Below are positions 24,496 to 37,894 of a DNA stretch of 64,000 bases, in pieces. The position numbers and the translations under genes are program-made. Source of the stretch: Eledone cirrhosa. Its lineage: Eukaryota. How positions within the stretch are numbered: the stretch's first letter is position 1; every line of letters starts with the position of its first letter. The notes below the pieces were generated by a model that did not search any database, was not told the origin of the DNA, and saw only the letters and a list, made by a program, of their open reading frames with translations. The DNA lies in the NCBI GenBank assembly GCA_964016885.1, contig OZ024743.1:190278001-190342000 (forward strand). Direction: 5' to 3'.

Positions 24496-27400
24496 ATGAC
24501 CTCACTCAGAATAGGCAGCATAAATGCGCGTGGCTTGGGGTCGTCATGGAAGCAGGGTCACCTGCTCAACGACCTCAGGTCACTAAACATAGATGTAGTG
24601 GCCATCAGCGAGACCAGAATCTCCGAAGCACAGGCTTTCGCACCGATCTTCGGCGGCTACGATGTGTACGCATCTCCCAGCCGTCCGGGATCGGGGGGAG
24701 GAGTTGCTGTGCTTTTTCGGAGAGGTTTGGATCTTGCCATACGGGCCATCTTCCTGGACCCAGAAGGTAAGTTGGTGGTGCTGGACGTGACCAGCGGAGA
24801 CGGGCAAGCTTTCAGGTTAGTGGCCATCTATGCCCCAACAGGAGCAGGGCGGCGTGATTTCTACCTGCGTCTGGAGACCTTTCTTGGAACGTCCCGCTCT
24901 TTAGTGTTAGTGGGCGACTGGAACGGGATCTTAGATGCACGCTGGGATTGTGTGGGATTAGTGGATAGGGAAGGAGGGTGCAAGAGTCTCACCAACCTGC
25001 TCAGACGTTTTGAACTGTCTGACAGGTACCGAATGGATTTCCCGAATGTACCAATGTGGACTTGAACAAATCGCATAGGGTCATCCAGATCATATCTAGA
25101 TAGAGTATTTTGTAGGGAAATAGATAGGTCTAGCATAGGCTGTCCACAATTCAAGATAGTCAGCTACACGGACCACAAATTCGTGATCTGTGTGCTTGAC
25201 TTAGATAGGCTTCATAGACGTGGACCCGGCTACTGGAAGCTAAACGCATCCTTACCAGCGCGCAAGGCCTACAGAGACCGGATTAGCGAACTAGTTAAGC
25301 GGGCGTTGACGGGGGCCATCGTCAACAACAAGTGGTGGTTTGCTCTGAAAAGAGCAATTAGAATAGAGTCCATTAGGTTTAGTAAGACTTTAGCAATAGA
25401 GAAAAATAGAGCAGAGGGAGAATTAGTTAAAAAATTAGATGAGGCGCTTAGCAAAGGCATCGCGACCGACGTACTTGCGGCGAAATTGGCCCTTGACCAA
25501 TTCTTCAATGCAAAGCACGAAGGCTGCGTTGTCAGAGCTAGGGTGCGTGCTCTCAGACACGAGGGGACGAAAGCCGTTCAATGGGCCCGAGTGGCGGAGG
25601 CGCGTCGTGGCAACAAAGCCACGATCCGGTCTTTGGTGGACCACGACGGGCGCATGCTACTCGATCCCGGGCAAATGTGTGAAGCTTTTCAGCGACACTT
25701 CGCTCAACTGTTCGGGGGCAGTGGCGGGCCGGATCGAGGGATGGACTTTAGTGTCTACCTCGACGGACTGCCGCGGCTTTCGGCCACTGAGGCGGAGTGT
25801 TGCGAAAAGCCGATAACAACCGCTGAAGTACGGGATGCAATGACTAGTTGCACAAGGGGTAAATCGCCTGGTTTGGATGGTCTGCCCTATGAACTTTACG
25901 TACAAATGCCAAACTTGTTCGGAGGCCTCTTGGCGGACGTCTACTGCAACTGGCAACAGAACGGGAGAATTCCCAGCTCTGTGAGCCGAGGAGCGGTGGC
26001 GCTGCTGAGAAAGGATCCGAACAAGGGGGATAAGATAGATAATTTTAGGCCCATAACTCTGCTAAACACAGAGTTCAAGATTTTGGCCAAGGTGCTAGCA
26101 AAGAGGTTGGCGCTTGTCGTTGGTGGTCTGGTGGGAGAGGCACAGACATGCGCCATTCCCGACAGATCCATCCACGACAACCTCCACCTCATGCGATACA
26201 TCGTAGAGAGGGTAGCTAGGGAACCTGGCACGGGTGGGTCTTTGATCAATTTAGATCAGTCGAATGCCTTCGATAGGGTCGACCATCGTTACCTAACGGC
26301 AGTCCTGAGGGCGGCTGGCTTTGGGCCCGTCTTCAGAGGCTGGATCGCTGCCATGCACAGCGACATCTGCTCTGTAGTGAGAGTGAACGGTCACCTTTCG
26401 GAACCGTTCAACATCATGCGCTCGGTCCGCCAAGGATGTCCCCTCTCGTCCCTATTGTACGTATTGACTCTCGAGCCATTACTGCACAAACTGGAGACGT
26501 TGAGGGGGGTCCCGCGCGAACTAGGATGCGGAAGATCCGTGTCAGCATATGCCGACGATGTCACCGTAGTGGTGTCGAACGCCAAACACATCGAGGCGAT
26601 CGGCACTACACTAAGAGAATACGAAGCGGTGACAGGAGCAATGATCAACCAGGAAAAGTCAGTGGGCCTGCAGCTCGGCACCTGGAGAGGCAGGTCCATG
26701 CCGTCCAACAGCGTCGTCGGGCGCTGGACGGACGGACCGGTTAAATTGCTAGGGGTCTGGTTCGGTCCAGACCTCCAGACGGACAAAAACTGGGACGAGG
26801 TGACGAGCAGGGTGGCTTCTCTCACCCAGAAATGGGCCGAGAGGAAGCTATCCCTGAAAGGTCGAGCGGAGGTGGCGAATGCGTACATCGCATCCGTCAT
26901 CTACTACCGCCTGACCGTCGTACCTTGTCCTAAGCCCCGCCTGACTGCGCTGGAGCGTTTGCTCTTTCGCTTCTTGTGGAAGGGACGCGCTCCGATGGTC
27001 AGGCGGTCCATCTGCTGTCAACACCCGCTACGTGGAGGGCTGGGCATGCCGTGGCGTATGATGCGCAGACACGCGCTCAGGCTACGACATCTCCACCTCT
27101 TCCTCGACGGTGATCAGGTGTGGTCGCCGTTTGCAAGACACGTTTTTCCCCAGCTCGTCTCCTTGACGGCGCTGCAGTCCTGGGTCAAGCGAAGACCGAG
27201 AGGGAGCGCTTGGAGACTGGAATGTCTTCAGGCGCTCACAGCCCTCGACCAATCGGGCAATGTGATCGGTGGAAACTCCACCTTGGCGTTCTATAGGGGA
27301 TTAGTGGAGGGGAAGAGCGACGACGTACTTGGAGAAACTCTAGGCGTCGACGAAAATCAACTAGCCAATCTCTTCGGAAGGACTTTCGGGCCGGGGCCTA

Positions 27401-27915
27401 TGGACAACTTCCAGAAATCCCTGGCCTGGCAGTGCTACCGAGGAGCTTTGCCAGTTCGGGATAAACTCTACAGGCATGGAGGTGCCGTCAGCCGGGCATG
27501 TCCGAGATGCGCGCAGGGCGACGAAACCGTCCTGCACGCACTCGTCCAGTGTCCGAGCATTGCTGAATTGTGGGTTAATGTCGAACACCTGCTGTCACGT
27601 GTAGGACGGATCCAGCTATCAGCTGAGTCCATCGTGAGGATTGCCCCGCCCCCTTCCTTTAGCCTGGAAGGGCAGGCAGTTTTTATCTGTCTGGTGGCCA
27701 TGGCGAAAGAGATAGTATGGTGGACACGTTTGAAAGGGCTGAAGACGAACACTTACCTCTTCGGTGATGCCCTGATTAACTTTTTCAAATTTCATTTGAA
27801 AAGGAAAATCAGGGTAGAGAGGGAGGTGCTCTCTTCCCAGCATTTTGTTGAAAGATGGGTGAGAGAAGCAAGTATGGCCCGAATGAATGGGCCTTCTCTG
27901 AGTATGTGTCTGTAA
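24496..27915 (+). CDS. Tx1 ORF2: APE endonuclease + reverse transcriptase + C-terminal Cys-rich domain, 1139 codons with a single in-frame TGA (25063-25065)
   Basis: SINARGL, AISET, AIYAP, VGDWN, MWT*..SYLDR, YTDH, YWKLN, KSPGLDG, RQGCP, YADD, CPRC; ORFs 24496-25065 and 25183-27915 are in the same frame. Confidence 0.88.
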
Positions 27916-28157
27916 ATTAAAGGTGGAAAACTGGGAGAGGGCACTTGCCCTGGTGGTCAGGGCCACTGTGGTCTTTTAATGGGCTTTCTCCACAAATGTC
28001 CCTTGGAAGTCTCCCCCCTATTGGGGAATTTTTCTTTGTTATTTTATTTCAACCTCTGTTTTTTTACACGCAGAAATGCTCTTTTGTACCGTCCTGTATT
28101 GTCCTGTACTGTCCTTAATGTCTACTTTATGTGAACCCTTGTGGTTAATAAAGAAAA

Positions 28158-28188
<31 letters not shown>

Positions 28189-28189
<1 letters not shown>

Positions 28190-29710
28190 CTGTGAAGGTC
28201 GTGAAGACAGAGTCTACAAACGCACCTTCTAGTGGCCCCTGTCAGAAGAAACCGACTCCGACTGATCCGGCCGTATCGCCAAGTGAGACCAGCCAAGCTC
28301 ATGGGAGTTATTCAACCCTCTTGCTCGGGGTCTACTCCCGAGTCGACTGCCTGTTAGCTTTGCCCGTAAAATATTTCTAGAAATGCTTTCCTGAGACATC
28401 CTGATATCATAGTATTGCAGCTGTGAAGTAGTCGTTCTACCAGGAGTGACTCTGTTCTCTGAGATTTGCATTCTATCGATTAACGTTACCCCAAAGACCC
28501 TTAGCAGGAACCATTTCGGCCGCTTGTATTCACGATCGTAATCTTCAGCAGCGGCCTTACCGCATTTGAGCTCTTTAGCTGCCCATGTGACCTCAGCCTC
28601 CGAGAGATTAGTCACTGCTCCCAGATACGCCTTGTGAACATCAAGGTGCTGTTGTGATCGGGTTTAGGAGATCAGCAATGTATTCTTTCAACCTCACGAT
28701 CATGCACCTCTCGGAATAGAGGAGAACCAAATACGCATTATTGATAGCTCGTGTGGAGGAAGACTTCTTATTGCGACGTCGGCGAATGGTCTCCCGGATC
28801 AGCTTATTTGCTGATTTGAAGTCGGATTTCAGCTCAACCCCAAATTCATCCCATGTCTTAACTTTGGACACATTTACTGTCTCTGCAGCGATGCATCCCA
28901 CTTGCTTGTACCGCAAATGAAAGAAAGAATAATTATTTCCAAGCCGAGCTTTGTAATCCCCCTTCTTTGCTCGGATGACATATTTGACCTCTTGATTGAG
29001 CAAAGGCGTCTTACTGCCATCTAGTGCCAAACCTAGCCTCATTTGCTTGCAGCATTTAACAGCAGAAGCAGGAACTGTTTAGCTGAACAATCTCCATTCT
29101 GTCTCAACTATCTCATTTTGCTCTGAATTTCGATGCAATAGTATCTGCATGCCTGGTCCTGACTTCCTCATTCACCAACGCTTCCCACTTTATCCTGTAC
29201 CTTCCAGTTTTGTTAGCTTATTTGGCTTTAGGTAATTTCAAGTTGCAAATACCTAGATGGTGATCAGTTGACATCTCTAACACGAACACCCAGCACAGAA
29301 TCGAAGTTATCGGTATACGCACAAATATTGCTTATCCCGAGACCCCAAAAAGAGTTCGGTAGGGAGCAAACGTTGACAATTGGAACATGGAACATAGCAA
29401 CCCTTATAGTGGAGGAGGCTAGATGCTACCGGCTATATATAGTCGAGGTTTCCTAAAAATAAGGTTCGTGGCTCATATACAGTAGATTTTGATGGAGGAT
29501 GGAAATTCCAGGTGCAGTGCAATAAACGTCTGCACAGGTGGGATTTGGGTTACTCACAAGTCCCTAGCTGTCAGAATGTTTTATCCACTGGATTACATTA
29601 TGAGGGAGGATTTGCCTCTTGAAGCTTAGGATGAAAGAGATCTCTGTGGGAGGTGCACGTTTATGCACCAAACAAGAATCCAAATGCAGATCCTCCTTTG
29701 ATGAAATCTC
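28189..29710. mobile_element. Old rearranged RTE-like LINE relic (RT-proximal part on -, APE N-terminus on +)
   Basis: - strand ELKCGKAAAED; + strand LTIGTWNIATL and VYAP; many stops. Confidence 0.55.
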
Positions 29711-29913
29711 TGCAGTGTTAGATGTAGTTTATTCTGCTACCAGGCATAAAATCTTTTCTTAGTACATTGGCATTTTTCCAATCAGATGGGACCAGAATTA
29801 ATGACATAGAAGTACCAAGACAATTAGAGTCAATGTTTTGACACTGAATATTCACCTATTATGACTCCTTATTAATTTGTTCACGTCAAAATAAATATTT
29901 AAATTAAGCACTG

Positions 29914-31610
29914 TGACTCTCGAGCCACTGCGGAAGTTGGAGATGTTGCAGGGCATCCCTTGGAACTGAGATTGCGGAAAGCGGTGTCGGCCTACGCCGA
30001 TGACGTGACAGTAATGGTGTCGATGGCCTCCGAAATCGGGGCGATCGGCACCTTACTGGAGGAGTACGAAAGGTTTACAGGGGCTAAGCTGAACCGGGAC
30101 AAGTCGATCGGTTTACAACTCGGCACGTGGAGGGGAAAACCGATCCCCTACGATGGCGTCGTCGGACGCTGGACGGAGGGCCCGGGGAAGTTGCTCGGGG
30201 TCTGGTTCGGACCAGACCTCCAGGTGGAGAAGAACTGAGGTGAGGTTACGAACAGGGTGTTTGCACTGACCCAGAAGTGGGCCAGTTGCAAACTATCCCT
30301 GAAAGGTCGGGCGGAGGTGGCGAACACCTATATAGCGTCCGTCATCTACTACCCCCTGACCGTCGTGCCTTGCCCAAGGGAAACCCTCGCCAAGATGGAG
30401 CGCGCACTCTTCCAATTCCTTTGGAAGAAGCGGGCTCCTTTGGTGAGGAGATCCATCTGCTGTCAACACCCTTCGAAAGGAGGGCTGGGGATGCCGTGGC
30501 TAATGATGTGTAAACACGCATTAAGGCTACGACACCTCCACGTATTCCTCACCGGTCAAACGGTGTGGGCCCCGTTTGTGAGACGAACCTTTCCCAGAGT
30601 CGTCTCACTCACCGAGTTGCAATCCTGGGTCAAGCAAAGACCGAGAAAACTGGGCGCCTGGCACACTGAGTGTGCCCAGGCGCTCACGGCCCTCTGGCAA
30701 GCGGACCCGGTTATCAGTGGAGACTCCACCTCGACATTCTATAGAAGGCTGGTACGCAGCAGATGCGATGACGCCCTCGGAGAAGCCCTAGACATGGAGG
30801 AAGATGAACTGGCCAGCCAGTTCGGTAGGACATTCAGCCCGGGACCTATGGACAACTTCCAGAAGTCCCTAGCCTAGCAGTGCTACCGAGAGGCTCTACC
30901 CGTTCGAGAAAAGCTCTACAGACACGAGTGCCCGGGTAGGGACCCTGCCAAAAAGATCTGTCCCAGATTCGTGTGCGACGAGGAAACCGTTGCACACGCT
31001 TGGTACACTGCTCGGGCGTAGCCGATTTGTGGGGCTATGTCGAACCACTGCTGTCACGGGTGGGACCGATCCGGTTGACCAGCGAAGCCATTGTAACGAT
31101 TAAGCCCCCCCCCCTCCCCCCCCCCCCATCAAAAATGAAGGAGAGGCGGTGTTTCTGTGCGTAATAGCCATGGTGAAAGAGGTTGTATGGTGGATGCGTC
31201 TGAAAGGACTGAGGTCAGGCATCTTTCTCTCTGGCCAACAACTGATCCGTTTCTTCCGATATCATTCCGGAAGAAGGATCAGGATGGAGAGAGAGGTGCT
31301 CCACCCCAGTCGTTTTTATGAAAGGTGGGTGAAAGTGGCGAGAATGGCTCGTTTGAATGGGCCTTCTCTCTACATCAGTCTGTAGATGGAAAAGATGAAG
31401 GAACGAGGGAGCACCCTCTCTCTGTGCTCTTGAGGAGAAGGGTTGCACACTTTATTCGGGGGTGTGTGCGACCCTCCCAAAACGCCTCCTCCCTATTGAG
31501 GACTTTATTGTTAATTTTATATTTATTTGTTTTCTTTACTCGCCTTTTTGTGTAAACTCCCCCCTTGTATTTGTCCCCTTCTTTTGCGCCCTCGTGGCAA
31601 TAAATGAAAA
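29914..31610 (+). mobile_element. Third Tx1-clade copy, diverged subfamily, 5'-truncated
   Basis: VSAYADDVTV, LLGVWFGPDLQ, GPMDNFQKSLA, ARLNGPSL; ends AATAAATGAAAA followed by TATATATA. Confidence 0.9.
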
Positions 31611-32102
31611 TATATATAATTAATTATATAATAATTCTCTTTTGTTGTTGATATTGCTCCTCTTGCTCTTGATATTGTCGATCTCAAAGCAGAATCTCAT
31701 CAAGCAGACATATTTCTAAACCATTTAAGCCATGGGTGTTCTGGGCTTCAAGAATTGTACAGACCTGACTATTTCATAATCTGTCTACTTTGAAAAACAT
31801 TGTGTGCCGTTTAATGAAAAATTGGTTGCCATTTTTATTAGGCACCATATTTTAACTACACTGTGGCAGATATTTACAACTAGGTATACTGGAGTTTTGA
31901 GAGGAAATCTCTTAACGATGTGCCTTGTAAAATCTGTGTTGCTAATAACATAAAACCCATCCTACTGGAAATTTTACTCGACACCATCATTGAAGGCATT
32001 TTGATGTTTTAACAGCTTCCTTGCGCTAACTTCGTCTAATTACTATATGAATTCTAATACACTTGTGATTCAAACATGATATTCGAGATACATTTGTTTT
32101 TA

Positions 32103-32141
<39 letters not shown>

Positions 32142-32198
32142 ATAATAATAAATGTGAAGACTAAAATCCCGTTAAGGTTGAAAGTAATATATATATAT

Positions 32199-32505
32199 GT
32201 AGTATAAAGAAAACGAAAAATCAGTGATGCATCTGGACTTAATTTATTGCGTGTTACAATTGTTTTCTCCGGCAGGTAGCTCGAGACATGGTCCTTGTAT
32301 GGATCTGGGTGATTCTACTTCTGCAGGTTCATTCAGACACGAGTATTTCGTTTGGAGCAAATTTTATCAATTGTAACACGCAATAAATTAAGTCCAGATG
32401 CATCACTGATTTTTCGTTTTCTTTATACTATCAACACTCTACTCTGATGAATATCGAGTGCTAATTTTGGCATACCGCCTATGGAAGAACCATAGCTACC
32501 ATTAT
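32199..32505. mobile_element. Penelope-type terminal fragment: 64-bp inverted arms around a hammerhead-like motif
   Basis: 32199-32262 is the reverse complement of 32368-32430; same family as 39826-40390 and 43378-43800. Confidence 0.7.
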
Positions 32506-32876
32506 ACACAACTATATATATATATATATATATATTACATATTACTTTATTTAACAATGATAACAAAGAAAAGTTATTTCACATATCTCATTCATTGTTT
32601 AACATATCGATGTATTGCCTGATCTATAGCAGTTAAAGAACCTTATATTATCTGACATATTATATGGGTTAGATCATACCGTCTTTTAGTTAAATAAACT
32701 AATATGTCATATATCAGACTCTGTAGCTGGAAAATTGACTCAGAGAAATATAAACCTATGATTTTCCTACCCAATTTCCAACGGAACTAATCACATCATC
32801 TCACTGAACTACATTCAAACGGATTACATTGAGCTCTAACTGCAGTATAGACCCAACGGCGAAAGGTAGACCACAT

Positions 32877-32952
<76 letters not shown>

Positions 32953-33383
32953 AATATAAATATAATTATGTTAGTTACGTGTGTAACAACAATTAGAAGC
33001 GGCATACCGTTTGAAGCACTCGATGCTGTTATGAGGTCCGTTTCGTTTGGGTTGTATTCCAGTGCTACGATTGTAGTGTGCAGACGGCAAATAGATTTAT
33101 ACAGTGCTGCAGTATATGTACAAGCTTTATTTGCATATGACAATAGTTTCTATATCGCATCAATGTGACGGGGTCCGACTCGTTTTCAGATATGCGAGCT
33201 TACATGTGCAAAGACACATCTAAATATTGCACATATAAGCTCGCATATCAGATGAGATGTCGAAATAGAGCGACCTTGACTCTACCCTGAGCTGATCGAT
33301 ATTGAAACAGTTGTAATATTCAAATAATTTTTTATATATGCTGCAACGCTGACTTCCACTCTTTTAACCCCCCCCCCCCCCTT

Positions 33384-33437
<54 letters not shown>

Positions 33438-33492
33438 ATGAGTGATTACCTTAAACGATATCTCGTTAACTTATATATATATATATATACAG

Positions 33493-33544
<52 letters not shown>

Positions 33545-34115
33545 GGTGTGGGTGTGTGTGTGTTGTGTGTGAGTGTGTGTGTGTATTGGTGTATGGGTGT
33601 TTCGTATATAATTTCATTTTGTTCTACTATGATTACTTCGCGATAATCATTTTGAATACATAGAGATTGTTTTATATGTTGACAAGTATTTGTAGAATTC
33701 TTCAACACACCAATGTTTATTTACATTTCATTTCCTCCCAACAGGCAGATATAATTGATGATGGAAGCAAATGATCAGATAGCATGTTGTAATTTTCATA
33801 TCAACTATCATTAAGGTAATAGTGTCGAAGAGACTAGGAGAAAGAAAACAAAATAAAGCCACTATTTTATCACTTATATAGTGTCAAGGTTATATTAAGG
33901 GCAGCATTTTTACCCCCCACCCAACCCATCATTATTTATGACGCTCTTTGCATTATTCCCTTATGAGAAATGAAAACTGAAATGCAGAACGTATACTAAT
34001 AGATAGAAAATACTAACGAAATAAGATTGGTTTTTGTTACTTGTAAGTATATTTGTAAATGTAGTAAATATATGTGGATGTGTTTGTGAACATAATATAC
34101 TCACACATATACTTG

Positions 34116-34233
<118 letters not shown>

Positions 34234-35965
34234 CATATATATAAATATATATATTAATATATTATTTTTATCATTTATTTTGTTTTGACCTGTTTAGCTT
34301 GATTTGGTTTTTGGCTTGGGTGGTTAATGCTTTCTTGACCACATTTTCAGTTTTGTATGGCTTCTTAACACATTGTTTAGCTCTGGTTTTTAACTATTGA
34401 GCATTTTGCCAGTATCATTTTTGATTTTTGCGTTTCGCTTCGCTTTTCCTGCCCGCCGAAAATACGATTCTCGCTGAATCTTTATTTGTAAATAAATATG
34501 TATGTATGTTTGAAACATTTATTTGTTGTATAAAAAAAACACGTTAACTATTGTATTGCTTACAACAATTGTTATTTATTTATCACTTTCCCTAACACGT
34601 TTTGAAGCCGTAATTTGTTTGATTCTACTTGTTTATGTAACTAAAGTTTTACCACTATTGATACTACTGTTCATATTTCAACGATACTAAAGTACATTAT
34701 AGGAATGTGGGAGACTGCATAATGTCGTTTTTCAAATTATATATATAATATATGTATATGTTTTTGTGTGGAGAGAGAGATAAATGTAAGGGGAGTGACA
34801 GATTCCAGAATCTAAACTGTATGATATAGATAAACTGAAATATATCAATCTTATTTGCTATGAATAATAGAAAATATTTTCCTTGTATGTCTTTATGTTT
34901 TTACACACACAGGCGCACAGATTCCCACAGCTACACAGACACACGCGCACACAGACACACACAGACACACACAGACACACACAGACACACACATACACAC
35001 ACACACATGCCTATACAGATTCACACATACAAGTAGAAGCAAATATATATAACTCAAGGCCAATTGCATCCAAGTAACAGTATTTCGGCTGGGAAGAAAA
35101 CAATTAGAATCACTACAAGGCTGTATCTTAGCTCGATAAAATGACAAGAATTATGGCACACCACCAGTGACCGCCAGCCATCGTTTGAAGTCATTAGGCT
35201 TCAAAATCATTAGATATTTGTTATTGTTGCTATCGATGTCCATCTTTAGCCTCTTGTTAACCCTGATTGAACTGATCCAGGCTCAAATACGTTGAAACTC
35301 TAACGATATCGATATATACTCACAAATAATGTACACCGAATGACAATATCCCACATACTCTCCCAAGATTCCAGGTTACTGATTAAGATCAATTTGGTCG
35401 TTAATACTAGCAAAGCGGGAAACCACTTAGTTATCTGTCATATTCCTTATATAAATGATATAAAAATTAAATTTTCTTTACCCTAATCATCCATTATAAT
35501 TCCATTCACTCATAGCATGTTGTCTATGGATTTTTTATCGACACCAGTACTAGAAAGGTAAAGCGGTCGATTCGTCAGAATCATTAAAGTGTTGTATATT
35601 CTCTTTGGGACCATGCGATCTGAGTTCAAATCCTGTCAATGTCCACTATGTTTTATAAATTTTCGGGGTCAATAATAAAAAGAAGTAGCCTGGTGCTAGG
35701 ACATCTCTCTCTCTCTCTCCTTTCAGACGTCTGGAATATTCCACTGGATCACAGGAGTTAGATTTGTGAGAGTGTTTGTGTCTGCTCGCCACTACATGGG
35801 CACTTAAAACCTTAGCTAAAGAATGGTACACTTTTTGTTTAAATGTTTCTAAGTTGAAGCTTATTTGCAATCTATTTTATCACGAGGCGTGTCATTGATC
35901 AATCGTCTAAGCTGTTGTTAAAAGAACCAGCAGTAAACCTTCCCGCGAAACACACCCTAATAATC

Positions 35966-36148
35966 GTTTCTACTTTTGGCACAAGGGCAGCAATTATCCC
36001 ATTGCATTACTGGTGCTTTATTTTATCGACCCCGTAAGGATGAAAGGCAAAGTTAACCTCGATGTGATTTGAACTCAGACCGTAAAGGGCTGTAACTATA
36101 TGATGCAAGCATAGCGTCCGACCCTCCACCGATACTGCCAATCCACGC
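35966..36148 (-). mobile_element. SINE, same family as 12095
   Basis: Reverse complement of the SINE head, core and tail. Confidence 0.85.
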
Positions 36149-36969
36149 CCAATATTAAAGATTTTTTAGGGATTAAGGGCTCTAGGAGAACTATGCCCAG
36201 GAATAGATGGAGAGGTCATTGTTAGCATGGCTTTCATTAAATATCTGCTCGTCGCTTTCAGAGCAACTGTCGTCAAATAAAGATATATCTGACGAAATAG
36301 AAATATATCACAAAATGCTTTATGTGTTTGTTTAAAAACATAAATATTGCCAGTGATGGAAGTGGAAATACGTGAGGACATGGCGTTTACATACTTATCA
36401 ATTTTCACATTTTTCTATCTTCAGTGACTACTAATGTAGACATTTATTATTTAATATCCTTGTCAAATTTCTATCAACAAAATTTATTGTTTATAAGATC
36501 GAGTGATTTACAAAGCTTTGTCTACATTTATTATATTGATGCATAGGTAATTTATTCAGTACTCATAAAACAACATACAACATAATATAACTGCACGGTA
36601 AAATTATAGTCAGTCATCAAATTGGACCAATGGAAATGGACACTGGCTGGTTTTGTGAAAAATGAACTAATTTACTCTAATCATTTTTAATGTGGACGCG
36701 TGCATTTTGTGAATTGTAATTTGTATTTTGTCATACATTGTTATTGTAAAATAAGAATCATTTGAAAGTATTCCATATAATTTCATTTGTTATATATTCA
36801 AATATAAAATTTATCATTACTTTGTATTCACTTCTGGGGTCATACAGAAGAAGCGTATACTGTTGAATAATTGATTACGATGGAGCAAGAACGATGAACT
36901 TCTAGGCCTTAACTGTACAAAGTGGTGGCCTTTGTATCTTTATCAACGAATTTACTGAGTAATGTGTAT

Positions 36970-37027
<58 letters not shown>

Positions 37028-37134
37028 TGATACAGTCACAAGAAGCTCCTTTGGTTTGAAAGAGGTTGGTATGAACCTTTGTTTTAAATTGAGAATCATC
37101 CTAATTTTTGCCTAAATGTATTGAAACGACGAAG

Positions 37135-37285
37135 ATGGCAATTGGCCGAGTCATTAAAACGTCGAATAGAATTCTTCAGGATGTTGCTTCCGGCTCTTTG
37201 CACTCTGAGTTCAAATCTCATCGAGGTCAACTTTGCCTTTCATCATATCCAGGTCAATAGATAAAATATCAGTCAAGTAATGGGT
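37135..37285 (+). mobile_element. Older SINE copy (similar relics near 2935-3060, 35560-35700 and 46438-46560)
   Basis: CTGAGTTCAAATC..GTCAACTTTGCCTTTCATC core. Confidence 0.65.
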
Positions 37286-37768
37286 CGGTCTTTCCTTTAT
37301 GTCTCATCCACTTTCTATCTTTTTCACTGACATTCGCCAAATGAAATCATCTGTGTGCCGACCCGAAGAAGGATGGGCACCACCAAGTTTAAATACACTA
37401 GGCGCACGTATACACTAGGGTACCACTACGATTTCATGGCTTTCATCAGGACTTGAGGGCCCATGCAGGCAAATGAACTACAACTTTATCTGATAGAGAT
37501 CTTTTAAGGGAACACTTATATATAACATATAATTGCTAATGGTTTGATTGATTGCAACAAATAGTTATACATAACCAGAATTATATACTTAGCTATTCGG
37601 GCGTTGCCCCAGTCCACACATAGGGTCACGCCTACTCATCGTAAGAACTAGGTTAAGGTTACACGTGTATACATTTTTCAGCCATTTGCATGTTAATTTC
37701 AGTAGATCATACTACTGTAACACTAGTTATCAGAATCGATGAAAGTCCAAAAAGAATAACACATACAA

Positions 37769-37887
<119 letters not shown>

Positions 37888-37894
37888 AGAGTTT

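Larger units (their letters stand above)
22257..28158 (+). mobile_element. L1/Tx1-clade non-LTR retrotransposon, full length (about 5.9 kb), inserted in (ATT)n
   Basis: (ATT)n at 22200-22256 and 28159-28188; ORF1 with a CCHC knuckle; ORF2 APE-RT-CCHC; AATAAA near the 3' end. Confidence 0.95.

Noticed and set aside
4150-27966. Antisense and alternate-frame ORFs over the LINEs
   Set aside because: Shadows of the retrotransposon reading frames with no independent motifs
27916-28158. Selenocysteine explanation for the ORF2 UGA
   Set aside because: No AUGA/GA SECIS core visible in the 3' UTR, and the position corresponds to Trp, not Cys
35700-35810. Pyrimidine tract plus TTTCAG as a possible host exon acceptor
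   Set aside because: The tract is a (CT)n at a SINE relic end; all frames stop quickly and no protein is recognisable
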